A stretch of 64,000 bases of DNA from Leptospirales bacterium. Lineage in GTDB: Bacteria > Spirochaetota > Leptospiria > Turneriellales > JAOUFE01. The translations under genes and the position numbers were made by a program. Under the pieces are notes generated by a model. It worked only from the letters and a program-made list of their open reading frames with translations. It was not told the origin of the DNA and searched no databases. Location of the stretch: positions 1 through 64,000 of the forward strand of contig JBEQLE010000011.1 in NCBI GenBank assembly GCA_040326155.1, read 5' to 3'. Below are positions 30,957 to 39,547 of the stretch, piece after piece (positions within the stretch are counted from its first letter, which is position 1; the number at the start of each line of letters is the position of its first letter).

Positions 30957-31136
30957 TTAATCGCGAATTCGATCCAGTACGCTTTCAAGTTTTTTACGCT
31001 TTTTGCTTCCGAGGTTTTTGGGAGAATCTGAACAAAGATGGTCACAGGTTTTCTGGTTTCCTTTGGCATAAAATATTTTGCCACAAACAACGCATGTACG
31101 TTTATCCGGTGTTTTTGAACCCATTGAAATTTTCAT
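30957..31136 (-). CDS. Small basic zinc-finger protein (59 aa; below the ORF-track cutoff)
   Basis: MKISMGSKTPDKRTCVVCGKIFYAKGNQKTCDHLCSD...KKRKK; CxxC-x12-CxxxC. Confidence 0.7.
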   Translation of the reverse strand: MKISMGSKTPDKRTCVVCGKIFYAKGNQKTCDHLCSDSPKNLGSKKRKKLESVLDRIRD

Positions 31137-31279
31137 ATATTTGTCTGCACCATTGGTTACATAAAACGTACAGTCAAGGTTTAACCACTGCCCCCGTTTC
31201 GTAAATTGAACCTTCCGTTAAGGAAAACTAATAATTGTTGACGAATGACAGCTGAAAAATATACAAAGGTTCAGACATA

Positions 31280-31543
31280 ATGGAACAAGTAACCCTCGAA
31301 GAATACCCAGGCAAAGGTTTTACCCCTGAAGGACCGGCGGGACCAGAAATAAACATGCCACCCGATGGAGAGTATGAAGATGTAGATTATAATAAAGATA
31401 AATTTCTTGGCTCTACGAAATCCCCACCAGGGTATCGGAGCAAAATAATACACTTAGAACCGAATACAGATAAGTACGAAAAATGTTTAGAACAGTTCCA
31501 AGAGAAGATACAAGAGCATATTATAAATGAAAAACCTGACTAA
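31280..31543 (+). CDS. Small acidic protein with DKFLGSTKS motif
   Basis: 87-aa ORF; motif and EKC/KPD segments shared with the next ORF. Confidence 0.7.
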   Translation: MEQVTLEEYPGKGFTPEGPAGPEINMPPDGEYEDVDYNKDKFLGSTKSPPGYRSKIIHLEPNTDKYEKCLEQFQEKIQEHIINEKPD

Positions 31544-31583
31544 ATATTTCTTGCCATGACACCGGCTGCATACATGGTACATT

Positions 31584-31979
31584 ATGTCCAAGCCAATTCA
31601 AGATAAAATACTAAAAACCGGTGCCCTTTTATTTTCTGCCGCCATCGGAATTAGCATATTATATGCCGCCTCCAACGAAAAATCTAATATTAAAACAGAG
31701 CAAGTCGAGCAAATACAAACAGAAGAGGAAACTCCGAAGTTGACCCTGGAACAAGAAGAAGAGTGTGCAACACTCAAAATGGATTATGAAAACGAGAAAA
31801 GAAAATACGATGACAAGTATCTCAGCACCACAAAATCGGCAGCCCCTGCAATAACCCTTTTTGAACTGGAACAAAAATGGAAGGAAAAATGTAAACCTGA
31901 TTCTGCAGGCGCTCCCGAATCAGCTGACACATTAAATTCACCCGACCTTATTATTCCCAACGACCCTGAAAATAAATGA
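31584..31979 (+). CDS. Membrane-anchored or secreted small protein with DKYLSTTKS motif
   Basis: N-terminal hydrophobic helix; two Cys flank the motif; ATGA overlap with the desaturase. Confidence 0.8.
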   Translation: MSKPIQDKILKTGALLFSAAIGISILYAASNEKSNIKTEQVEQIQTEEETPKLTLEQEEECATLKMDYENEKRKYDDKYLSTTKSAAPAITLFELEQKWKEKCKPDSAGAPESADTLNSPDLIIPNDPENK

Positions 31980-32785
31980 TACTACTGCTAAACGAATTTG
32001 TTGATATATCAATCTATTTTTTACTCATCGGCATAGGGCTCGCACCGCTCGAAAGAGTCTTTCGTAAAAACAGACAACCATTCTTTCGTAAAGAGTGGTG
32101 GACCGATGTCACCTTCTACCTGTTGCAAAATATGGTTTGGACAAAAGCCACGCTTTTTTGCCTCATCTTTATCGACGGTCTAACAACAAACTTCGACCAA
32201 TCTGCGTTACGCAATTTTATTATGGGATTGTCTTTCTGGGCGCAAACCATTTTAGTATTTTTTTTATCAGACCTGCTCATTTACTGGGGCCACAGACTAT
32301 CTCATAAAAGCGATCTACTCTGGAGATTTCACCGGGTCCACCATACCCCCGTCGCGCTCGACTGGGCTGCGGCTTTTCGGGAGCATCCGCTCGACAATAT
32401 TTACACACGAATTTTAGTCAACCTGCCACCACTGGCTATGGGGTTTTCCCTGGAGAGCGTTTCGACATTTGTTGTGTTCCGAGGTCTTTGGGGGAACTTT
32501 ATTCATTCCAATACGCCTTTTGGCCTGGGGCCTTTTAAATATATTCTGGGTTCGCCAAGACTGCACCACTGGCACCACGACATAAAATACAATAGTCGCT
32601 GCAACTTCGCCAACCTCATGCCCTTAATGGACGTCATGTTCGGAACATTCTACGACCCTGGAAAATTTCCCGAAAAGTATGGAATACCTGAAAACATTTC
32701 ACATAACTATTTTGCCCAACTCATCACCCCGTTTTTGCCGAAAAAACTTAGACATAAATTTAACGCGAAACTGGTGAAAAGGTAA
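31976..32785 (+). CDS. Sterol desaturase/fatty acid hydroxylase family di-iron enzyme
   Basis: His boxes YWGHRLSH, FHRVHH, FIHSN, LHHWHH. Confidence 0.93.
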   Translation: MILLLNEFVDISIYFLLIGIGLAPLERVFRKNRQPFFRKEWWTDVTFYLLQNMVWTKATLFCLIFIDGLTTNFDQSALRNFIMGLSFWAQTILVFFLSDLLIYWGHRLSHKSDLLWRFHRVHHTPVALDWAAAFREHPLDNIYTRILVNLPPLAMGFSLESVSTFVVFRGLWGNFIHSNTPFGLGPFKYILGSPRLHHWHHDIKYNSRCNFANLMPLMDVMFGTFYDPGKFPEKYGIPENISHNYFAQLITPFLPKKLRHKFNAKLVKR

Positions 32786-32887
32786 AAGAAAATCGGGCCA
32801 GATGGGCCCGGGCTCCGGCTGCTGTCTGGCGACCGTTTTCGCGCAAAAAGAACCTGTGACCTAATTTATAAAAATAAAACAATGATG

Positions 32888-32960
32888 TTTTAACGAACGT
32901 CTTCGTCCCTCAGCCTCGCTCAAACTCAGCATCCTCCGCCTCAGGTTTCGCAATGATATT
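32888..32960 (-). repeat. attC-like repeat remnant, copy D
   Basis: cctcaggtttcgcaatgatatt matches 25023-25044 at 20 of 22; ends in GTTAAAA on the minus strand. Confidence 0.5.
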
Positions 32961-32995
32961 CTACAACAATCATATAAATACATATTGCGATTTAA

Positions 32996-33140
32996 TTAGT
33001 AAATTTCATCATGTTTTCCAATATCAACTAATATTGCCTTACTTTTTTCTTCACTAAATTGAAAAATTAAACGGTGATCATATGTAATACGAAGTGCCCA
33101 ACATTCTTTTAAAGCCTGGATCCCATACGATTTCAATCAT
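32996..33140 (-). pseudogene. RelE/YafQ-type mRNA interferase toxin with internal deletion and frameshift
   Basis: MIEIVWDPGFKR in one frame, LKECWALRITYDHRLIF...VDIGKHDEIY in another; middle missing. Confidence 0.85.
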
Positions 33141-33342
33141 TTAAATCTTTCATTAAATCCTTAACGGACCCGACTTTAGACTTTCCATTTTTAAAGCTGG
33201 ATATGGCTTCATTGCTACGCTGACGAATATTGTCACGTCTGGCTTCGATAAGCATTTTATCAAACACTTCTTTAACATATTCCTTGTCTTCCAGAGCAAG
33301 TTCATCCAATTCACTGATCACTTTATCAATCGTTACTGACAT
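33133..33342 (-). CDS. Probable type II antitoxin
   Basis: 69 aa ending GSVKDLMKDLND; overlaps the toxin start. Confidence 0.8.
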   Translation of the reverse strand: MSVTIDKVISELDELALEDKEYVKEVFDKMLIEARRDNIRQRSNEAISSFKNGKSKVGSVKDLMKDLND

Positions 33343-33522
33343 TATTAAATACCTTTAGATAAATATGATATACTTTCCCGCCCTTGTCAACATTTTATTT
33401 CCCCCACAATTTGTACCGCAATAAATCCTAATTGAGATATTTACATAAATGTTGCACTAATTCCAATGTAATTCGGGCCTTGAAATAATTCATTTGCTAT
33501 AGAATTATGTATTCCTACGACG

Positions 33523-33631
33523 CCTCAACAAATTTCATCTGCTCACGCCCGACTACGCGTGCGCTCGGGTCTCACAATGGTATATTCCATCAATTGAATT
33601 TACAGTAAAGTGATTTTCTTTTCTGTTGTAT
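33523..33631 (-). repeat. attC-like repeat, copy B
   Basis: ATACAAC overlaps the vapC stop; right end CAGATGAAATTT-GTTGAGG; homologous to copy A. Confidence 0.6.
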
Positions 33632-33843
33632 TATTGCCAGTCGACGAGATTGATATTTTCAATTCGCTTAAATTCTCGTGTATTGTTTGAAACCAATACA
33701 TAGTCATTCATCATTGCTGTAGCTGCAATCATTAGATCATATGGTCCGATAGGTTCACCTTTTCGTTCTAGCGTAGCTCGAATTTTCCCACAGAATTTGG
33801 CTGCACCATCATTAAATTCTGCCGTAGCAAAAGAGTCTAAGAA
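33631..33843 (-). pseudogene. vapC: C-terminal half of a VapC (PIN domain) toxin
   Basis: IRATLERKGEPIGPYDLMIAATA...LVSNNTREFKRI...DW; no start codon; abuts the GGDEF gene end. Confidence 0.88.
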
Positions 33844-35000
33844 TTACTCTGTTTTCCTAAAATAATGCGATTTCTTCCACTTGCCTTGGCTTTGTATAAA
33901 GCTTTATCCGCAACGCTTATTAATTCTTTTCCTTTTAAACGGTCCTCTGGATTCGCTGTGGCAACGCCAATGGATACAGTAACGTGATCAGCAACATTAG
34001 ATTTTCGATGCATAATCTTCTTTTCTTCTATCCTTTGTCTGAGATTTTCTGCCAATAAAGTTGCCCCAGATTCACTTGTCGCAGGTAATAATACAACGAA
34101 CTCTTCACCGCCATATCGGGCAACAAAATCGCCTGGCCTGTTAAATAACTTTTTTAAAACCTTTCCAACAGCTCTTAAGGCTTTGTCACCGGCCTGATGC
34201 CCAAATGTATCATTGTATTTTTTAAAATAGTCTACATCTATCATAAACAAGGATAATGGATTTTTGAATCTTTTAGAGCGTTTCCACTCCAGGGCTATAG
34301 TTTTGTTAAAAATTCGACGGTTATACAAACCGGTTAGTTCATCGATTTCCGATAAATTTTTTAACTTTTGCTCGGTTTTTTTCAATGCAGAAATATCGGT
34401 ACCGTAAATATTGATATAATTCCGGTCATGAACATTAGTAAAATGAAAAGAAAGAATTTTCCCTGCCCATATATATTCAACATCTTCTGACTCCCCTTTA
34501 TGAACCACCTTATTCAGGGTCTCCTCCCATTGGATTGGTAATGCTGTAATACTTCCTTCTGAATTTTTGCAACCAAATAAATTACAGGCTGACTGGTTTG
34601 CATATAATATTTTATTGTCATATGAAATTCTAAAAACGGGATTTGGATTCTCTGAGGGCATGTCGGCGATTTTTCTCGTTTCCATTTCTGAATTTTTCAA
34701 CCGTATACCAAGATACCCGGTTATTGAAATCGCTAAGATGGCAAGTAACCGATTAGACAAAACCATCCATAAAAGCCCACCGATTGGTGAAAGAATATAG
34801 CCAAGTATTGTTAAACCTATACAGAATATGCTGATAAAACATGTAATCCGCGTATTTTTTAATTGAAGCGAGATCAGTACAACAACGATGTAGGGAACAC
34901 CCCCCGCTACTCCCAATGGAATATTGTAGTCTATCCAGAATATTGTTGCAATGACAAATGCTAATATAATATATATTTTTCTATTTACATTAGATAACAT
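33837..35000 (-). CDS. Membrane/PAS diguanylate cyclase
   Basis: N-terminal TMs, PAS-like segment, DELTGLYNRR, RPGD I-site, RYGGEEF. Confidence 0.95.
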   Translation of the reverse strand: MLSNVNRKIYIILAFVIATIFWIDYNIPLGVAGGVPYIVVVLISLQLKNTRITCFISIFCIGLTILGYILSPIGGLLWMVLSNRLLAILAISITGYLGIRLKNSEMETRKIADMPSENPNPVFRISYDNKILYANQSACNLFGCKNSEGSITALPIQWEETLNKVVHKGESEDVEYIWAGKILSFHFTNVHDRNYINIYGTDISALKKTEQKLKNLSEIDELTGLYNRRIFNKTIALEWKRSKRFKNPLSLFMIDVDYFKKYNDTFGHQAGDKALRAVGKVLKKLFNRPGDFVARYGGEEFVVLLPATSESGATLLAENLRQRIEEKKIMHRKSNVADHVTVSIGVATANPEDRLKGKELISVADKALYKAKASGRNRIILGKQSNS

Positions 35001-35198
35001 AAACCCTCCTATTCCTATTCCCTGTTTTTAGGTTTCTACCTCTACCACTATTATGATTATAAATAACCTTCCCCTATATCCATTGTATGCGCAAATAACA
35101 TGCCATCCTATTACAGCTGAAATCGTTAAAAAACTATACAAATTCACGAATATATTTGCAAATTGATATCCCATTTTATCTAATAAAAAAGAAAATGT

Positions 35199-35225
35199 AA
35201 AGAACAAATTTCATCTACTCAGGCC
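35199..35225 (-). repeat. attC-like right-end remnant, copy C
   Basis: aacaaatttcatctactcaggcc matches 33527-33549 at 21 of 23. Confidence 0.55.
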
Positions 35226-35415
35226 ACCACCCGACGCATGAATAGTATAACAACGATTAATACTCTTGACGTGGCACCAATAGTCTGTACTGTCTCACAT
35301 CAGTATTTTACAAAGAAAAATCACGAGAATAGACTCCAATTACCCCCCTACCGACATCAAGACACAATTGTGTCTAAATCATTTTGGACAACTAAAAAAA
35401 GGAGCTGAATTATAA

Positions 35416-36501
35416 ATGGCTGAAGAATGGGTTGAACAGATGCAAAATCAGGTGAATACGCTTGAAAAACTCCAGAAATATATTAATGTCTCAGATTCGG
35501 AAGCTGAAGCAATTCAGTCCATGGAAACAAGATGGGGTACTACACCCTACTTTGCTTCTTTAATGGATAAGGATGACCCCAACTGTCCTATCCGACGTCA
35601 GGTAATTCCATCCATGCAAGAAAATAAAAATGTATGGGGCATGGAAAACTATCTCGTCTGGAAAGAAAATAGAGCAACAGAAGAAGTTCGCCCCGATACC
35701 ATCGCCCGACAATACAAAGATCGTATAGCTTTTACGGTTACGGAAGTTTGTGGTATATATTGCCGTCACTGCTTTCGCAAAGAGTTAGTTGTAGACCGAA
35801 AATTAAAGTTGCGTTTTGATATTGAAGAAGGGCTAAAGTGGATTTCAGAACACAAAGAAATTCGCGATGTACTGGTTACCGGTGGCGACCCCTTGATTTT
35901 ATCAGACGATAAACTCGAATACATTGTCACCAAACTTCGTGAAATACCCCATATACAAATGATACGTATAGGTACACGCTTTCCCATTATTTTGCCTCAA
36001 CGAATAACAGAGGGCTTAAAAAAAGCCATCGGGGGTTTTCACAAAGTACCAGTCTGGATAAACACACAGTGCAATCACCCGAACGAAATAACGGAGCATA
36101 CCGCAAAAGCCGTTTACGAACTTTTAAGTTGCGGCATTAACGTAGGCAACCAGGCAGTTTTACTCAAAGGGATTAATGACGATGTCGATACCTTCCGAGA
36201 ATTACATCAAAAATTATTGCGCACCCGAATTCGTCCTTACTATTTATTTTATTGTGAACCTGCGCCGGGCATAGACCACTTTCGCACTCCTGTAGAAAAA
36301 GGCGCGGAGTTAATACGCGACGCCTTGCGAGGTCATACTACCGGTTTGGCGCAGCCTATGTATGTACTGGCAACGAAAATTGGTAAAATTCCACTGATGC
36401 CCGATTATTATATGGTAAATAAAGATGAGAGTGAATATACACTGCGCAACCATCGTGGCGAAACGACTAAAATTCCGGTCATCCCGGACGTAGAGCCATA
36501 A
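35416..36501 (+). CDS. KamA family radical SAM aminomutase
   Basis: TPYFASL, CPIRRQ, CGIYCRHCFRK, TGGDPL, RIGTR, NQAVLLKGINDD. Confidence 0.92.
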   Translation: MAEEWVEQMQNQVNTLEKLQKYINVSDSEAEAIQSMETRWGTTPYFASLMDKDDPNCPIRRQVIPSMQENKNVWGMENYLVWKENRATEEVRPDTIARQYKDRIAFTVTEVCGIYCRHCFRKELVVDRKLKLRFDIEEGLKWISEHKEIRDVLVTGGDPLILSDDKLEYIVTKLREIPHIQMIRIGTRFPIILPQRITEGLKKAIGGFHKVPVWINTQCNHPNEITEHTAKAVYELLSCGINVGNQAVLLKGINDDVDTFRELHQKLLRTRIRPYYLFYCEPAPGIDHFRTPVEKGAELIRDALRGHTTGLAQPMYVLATKIGKIPLMPDYYMVNKDESEYTLRNHRGETTKIPVIPDVEP

Positions 36502-36512
36502 ACCTTTAATAG

Positions 36513-37304
36513 TTAATAGTTAGTTTTGTTCACTCTTTTCCATTTGTTGAAAGCGCTCAAAGAGTTATCTGTGGTACATTGAAAAACATGCATCGTTCTT
36601 GCATAATATGGTTTCGCTAGTTCTTCATAAAGTTCTTCATCTGAAAAATTGACCCCTTGAACAGCCGCGTCAAATCTGGTGGCAGCAAAAAACATTTTTC
36701 TTACATTCGCCCAGCTAATGGAAGAAAAACACATGGGGCATGGTTCGGCGCTGCTATAGATTATGCAATGTGACTTTTCTCCGGGTTGCGGAAGGTTCGA
36801 AGCTCCTTTTTCAATATTACCAAGATTGAATACCCCGAGAGAGTGGCATGCGCTTCGAATCGTCATTACCTCAGCATGAGCCGTTGGGTCGTTAATCTTT
36901 GTAACCTGATTATGATTTGTCCAATACCGTATAATTTCATTTGTTTCATCATCAATCTGTAAAATTACCGCGCCAAAAGGACCACCTTCCTTCGCAATAG
37001 ATTTTTTTGCTTCCTCACAGGCAAGATGCATCCACTGGTCACCCATAATTTGTATCTCTTTATAAATTTCTTCCACTTTAATATTCGCAGTCTGCACAGG
37101 ATAATATTTACAATCATCCTGGTTTGTAAGGGTACAATCCGGAACATATTCATCCCATTTCTGATGATAGTCTGCCGAATTAGAATTTACCGAAACTATT
37201 TTAAATTCGTAAATTTCTCCCTTACCGTCGACCGGTGGGGCTAAATACGGCGGCGCAGCTTCATGTTTTTTATTTTGGTAGTTAAAGTGCAAAGTTTTAT
37301 ACAT
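36513..37304 (-). CDS. Zn-dependent nucleoside/guanine deaminase with N-terminal extension
   Basis: GGPFGAVI, DPTAHAE, EPCPMC. Confidence 0.88.
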   Translation of the reverse strand: MYKTLHFNYQNKKHEAAPPYLAPPVDGKGEIYEFKIVSVNSNSADYHQKWDEYVPDCTLTNQDDCKYYPVQTANIKVEEIYKEIQIMGDQWMHLACEEAKKSIAKEGGPFGAVILQIDDETNEIIRYWTNHNQVTKINDPTAHAEVMTIRSACHSLGVFNLGNIEKGASNLPQPGEKSHCIIYSSAEPCPMCFSSISWANVRKMFFAATRFDAAVQGVNFSDEELYEELAKPYYARTMHVFQCTTDNSLSAFNKWKRVNKTNY

Positions 37305-37488
37305 AGTTCTTACCTTTTCCGTTTTTTTGGATGATAACCAGATTATTTTATGATTCAATATACGTACACATTTTTTTAGTTTTTACATATGTTTAAACAT
37401 GATTACGCCATGGGTTATGGAACCGCATCTCGATTACGATTGAATATTAAAACCCTTTACCGAATGTCTTACCGGTCGATCAAACGTT

Positions 37489-37860
37489 ATGGAGTCATTA
37501 GCGTGGGTAATGGCCGGCGGGGGTTTTGGAGCCGCTTTACGATTTATTGTTTTTCGCAAAGTCGCTGTAATGGTAAAACATATTTTCCCCTGGCCTACTC
37601 TGGTTGTCAACCTTACAGGTTCATTCGTAATGGGTTTTTTACTCGGAAGTTTCGAGAACCATTTTATAAACGAACAAACAAAAGCCTTCCTGTTTATCGG
37701 ATTTCTGGGCTCTTATACAACATTTTCCAGCATCTCAAATGAAGTGGTTTTAGCCATTCGTGAAAAACTCTACAAAACGGCAATCGCAGACATATTAATT
37801 CATAATATCGGCGGTATCGCTCTGGCTTTACTCGGCTTTTATCTGGGTAACGCTATTTAA
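37489..37860 (+). CDS. crcB: Fluoride efflux channel (Fluc)
   Basis: GGGFGAALRF, FPWPTLVVNLTGSF, GFLGSYTTFS. Confidence 0.92.
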   Translation: MESLAWVMAGGGFGAALRFIVFRKVAVMVKHIFPWPTLVVNLTGSFVMGFLLGSFENHFINEQTKAFLFIGFLGSYTTFSSISNEVVLAIREKLYKTAIADILIHNIGGIALALLGFYLGNAI

Positions 37861-37930
37861 AGGTCTCTCAGGTATACAATTTATACAAAAAAAGAATGCA
37901 GAATTATTCTAATTTTCCGATGAATACCGT

Positions 37931-38317
37931 ATGACTGGAAAAAAAAAAGTTGAAACGGATATTAAAAAAATTAATCCTGTGGACTCTGAATGGAGTGATA
38001 TTTCTAATTTTGTTGCCGCATTTGCGGAAAATAATGAAAGGATAGACAACGGGGTTACTATTTCACATCGAATTGTGAAAGAAGATGATATCGAACATAT
38101 ACCAGCTTACCAACCGCAGACCGAGTCAACAACTGCCCCTCAAAATCCAATTGGGGTCTCCATTCAAAAAGAGTTTCATTTCATGGATAAAGAGTTTAAA
38201 GAGGTTTCGGGCAATTTTCAGGGAATTAAAAACGAATTAAATGACATGCTCAAAGAACTCGGTGAAATTCGCGAAGCCAGGTTAAACCTGCAAACACGTC
38301 TTGATAAAATCTCCTGA
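37931..38317 (+). CDS. Hypothetical protein with C-terminal coiled coil
   Basis: 128-aa ORF with heptad pattern. Confidence 0.65.
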   Translation: MTGKKKVETDIKKINPVDSEWSDISNFVAAFAENNERIDNGVTISHRIVKEDDIEHIPAYQPQTESTTAPQNPIGVSIQKEFHFMDKEFKEVSGNFQGIKNELNDMLKELGEIREARLNLQTRLDKIS

Positions 38318-38320
38318 TCG

Positions 38321-39547
38321 TCAATACAGACGATAGGGTTCCATTAACCTGCGAAACCTGGCGACATTGCGCGCCTCTCTTGATTTCCATTTATAAAAAG
38401 ACAGACCTTCCAGTAATGCCTTGCGCATAGAGTCCGTGCCGGTCAATAAATCAAGTTTATACGAATTCGGATATTTTAATAATAGATCAATTTCCGGGTA
38501 CTGCTTTAAAAAGTATAGCAATAGCTGATAGGCAACATAGTCGGGACGATAGACTGCAAGATGAATGGAAACTATTTTAAACCCCCGAATAAGTTTTCCT
38601 TTGTATTTTCCAGTCATGGGTTTATACTGAAAACGTTCCAGGTGAATGCCCCGAATTCGCGGCGGAAGCTTATCGTGTTTTATACCCGGATGCCCGAAAA
38701 TACAAAAAGGGTCATTGCTGTTTCGTCCATAATCGAAGGTAGTCGACTCCAGAAAAATTCCCAGCCAGTAACAACGCAAAGCCCTGTCGTCGGGTATATT
38801 CGGTGAGGGAGGTAGAAAAATCGAACGATCAGGAATTTTATTCTTGTTGTAATTTGCCAGCCTCACAAAGGTAATATTCAAATTCAGATTCTGCGATTTT
38901 ACAAAATACCGGGCCAGTTCCGCGTAAGTATAGCCGGGAAAAAAGGCAATTTCCTGCTCCCCTAAATACGAAAAATACTCCGTTCGGGCCACAGGTCCGG
39001 TTACACCTAAATACGCCGCCGGGTTCGGATGATCGACAAGCACAAAAACGGGAGGCTTTGTCATGTGACTTACCGCCACCATGGACCTCGTTAAAATGGT
39101 CCTGTAAGTATAAGGCCGCACACCCACATCGGGCAGATCAAACAAAAGGTCGCTGCATCCTTTAAAGAGCTTTCTCATCTCTTTTTCGGTTTTCATAAAA
39201 ACAGAGTAAAAACGGACCCGGTTTTTGCTGAAACTTTTATCCTGAACTTGCTCCATAGAAGTCAGTCCATGCTCAGGAGTAAAAACTTTATATATTTGTA
39301 TATTTTTTTCGCTTAGAAAATCTTCCAGTAAAGAGGTTCCAGGCGAAACCCCCGGAAGAAGCAGGTATTTACCCGTTGCGGACTGGTTCGTAATAATACA
39401 AAGATTTTTCCCATGGAATTTGCTCGTAAGCTTTTTATAGAATATTTCAGGGTTTTTACGCGAGAGTGTAATAGAACTCTGCTGACCAAAAAGAGGGACT
39501 AAAGTGCAGAAGACAAAAAGTATGGGCAATGTCAGCCGTGAGACCAT
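38321..39547 (-). CDS. DUF1343/NamZ-like exo-beta-N-acetylmuramidase family protein
   Basis: ITNQSA, FTPEHG, FDLPDVGVRPYTY, PPSPNIP. Confidence 0.85.
   Translation of the reverse strand: MVSRLTLPILFVFCTLVPLFGQQSSITLSRKNPEIFYKKLTSKFHGKNLCIITNQSATGKYLLLPGVSPGTSLLEDFLSEKNIQIYKVFTPEHGLTSMEQVQDKSFSKNRVRFYSVFMKTEKEMRKLFKGCSDLLFDLPDVGVRPYTYRTILTRSMVAVSHMTKPPVFVLVDHPNPAAYLGVTGPVARTEYFSYLGEQEIAFFPGYTYAELARYFVKSQNLNLNITFVRLANYNKNKIPDRSIFLPPSPNIPDDRALRCYWLGIFLESTTFDYGRNSNDPFCIFGHPGIKHDKLPPRIRGIHLERFQYKPMTGKYKGKLIRGFKIVSIHLAVYRPDYVAYQLLLYFLKQYPEIDLLLKYPNSYKLDLLTGTDSMRKALLEGLSFYKWKSREARNVARFRRLMEPYRLY

Noticed and set aside
30899..31204. 101-aa plus-strand ORF
   Set aside because: Antisense shadow of the zinc-finger ORF at 30957-31136
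33837..35205. Target-site duplication around the GGDEF gene
   Set aside because: Only TTCTT is shared at the two ends, too short to be significant in AT-rich DNA
37380..37488. Fluoride riboswitch upstream of crcB
   Set aside because: No GAUGG...UGAC consensus or pseudoknot could be found
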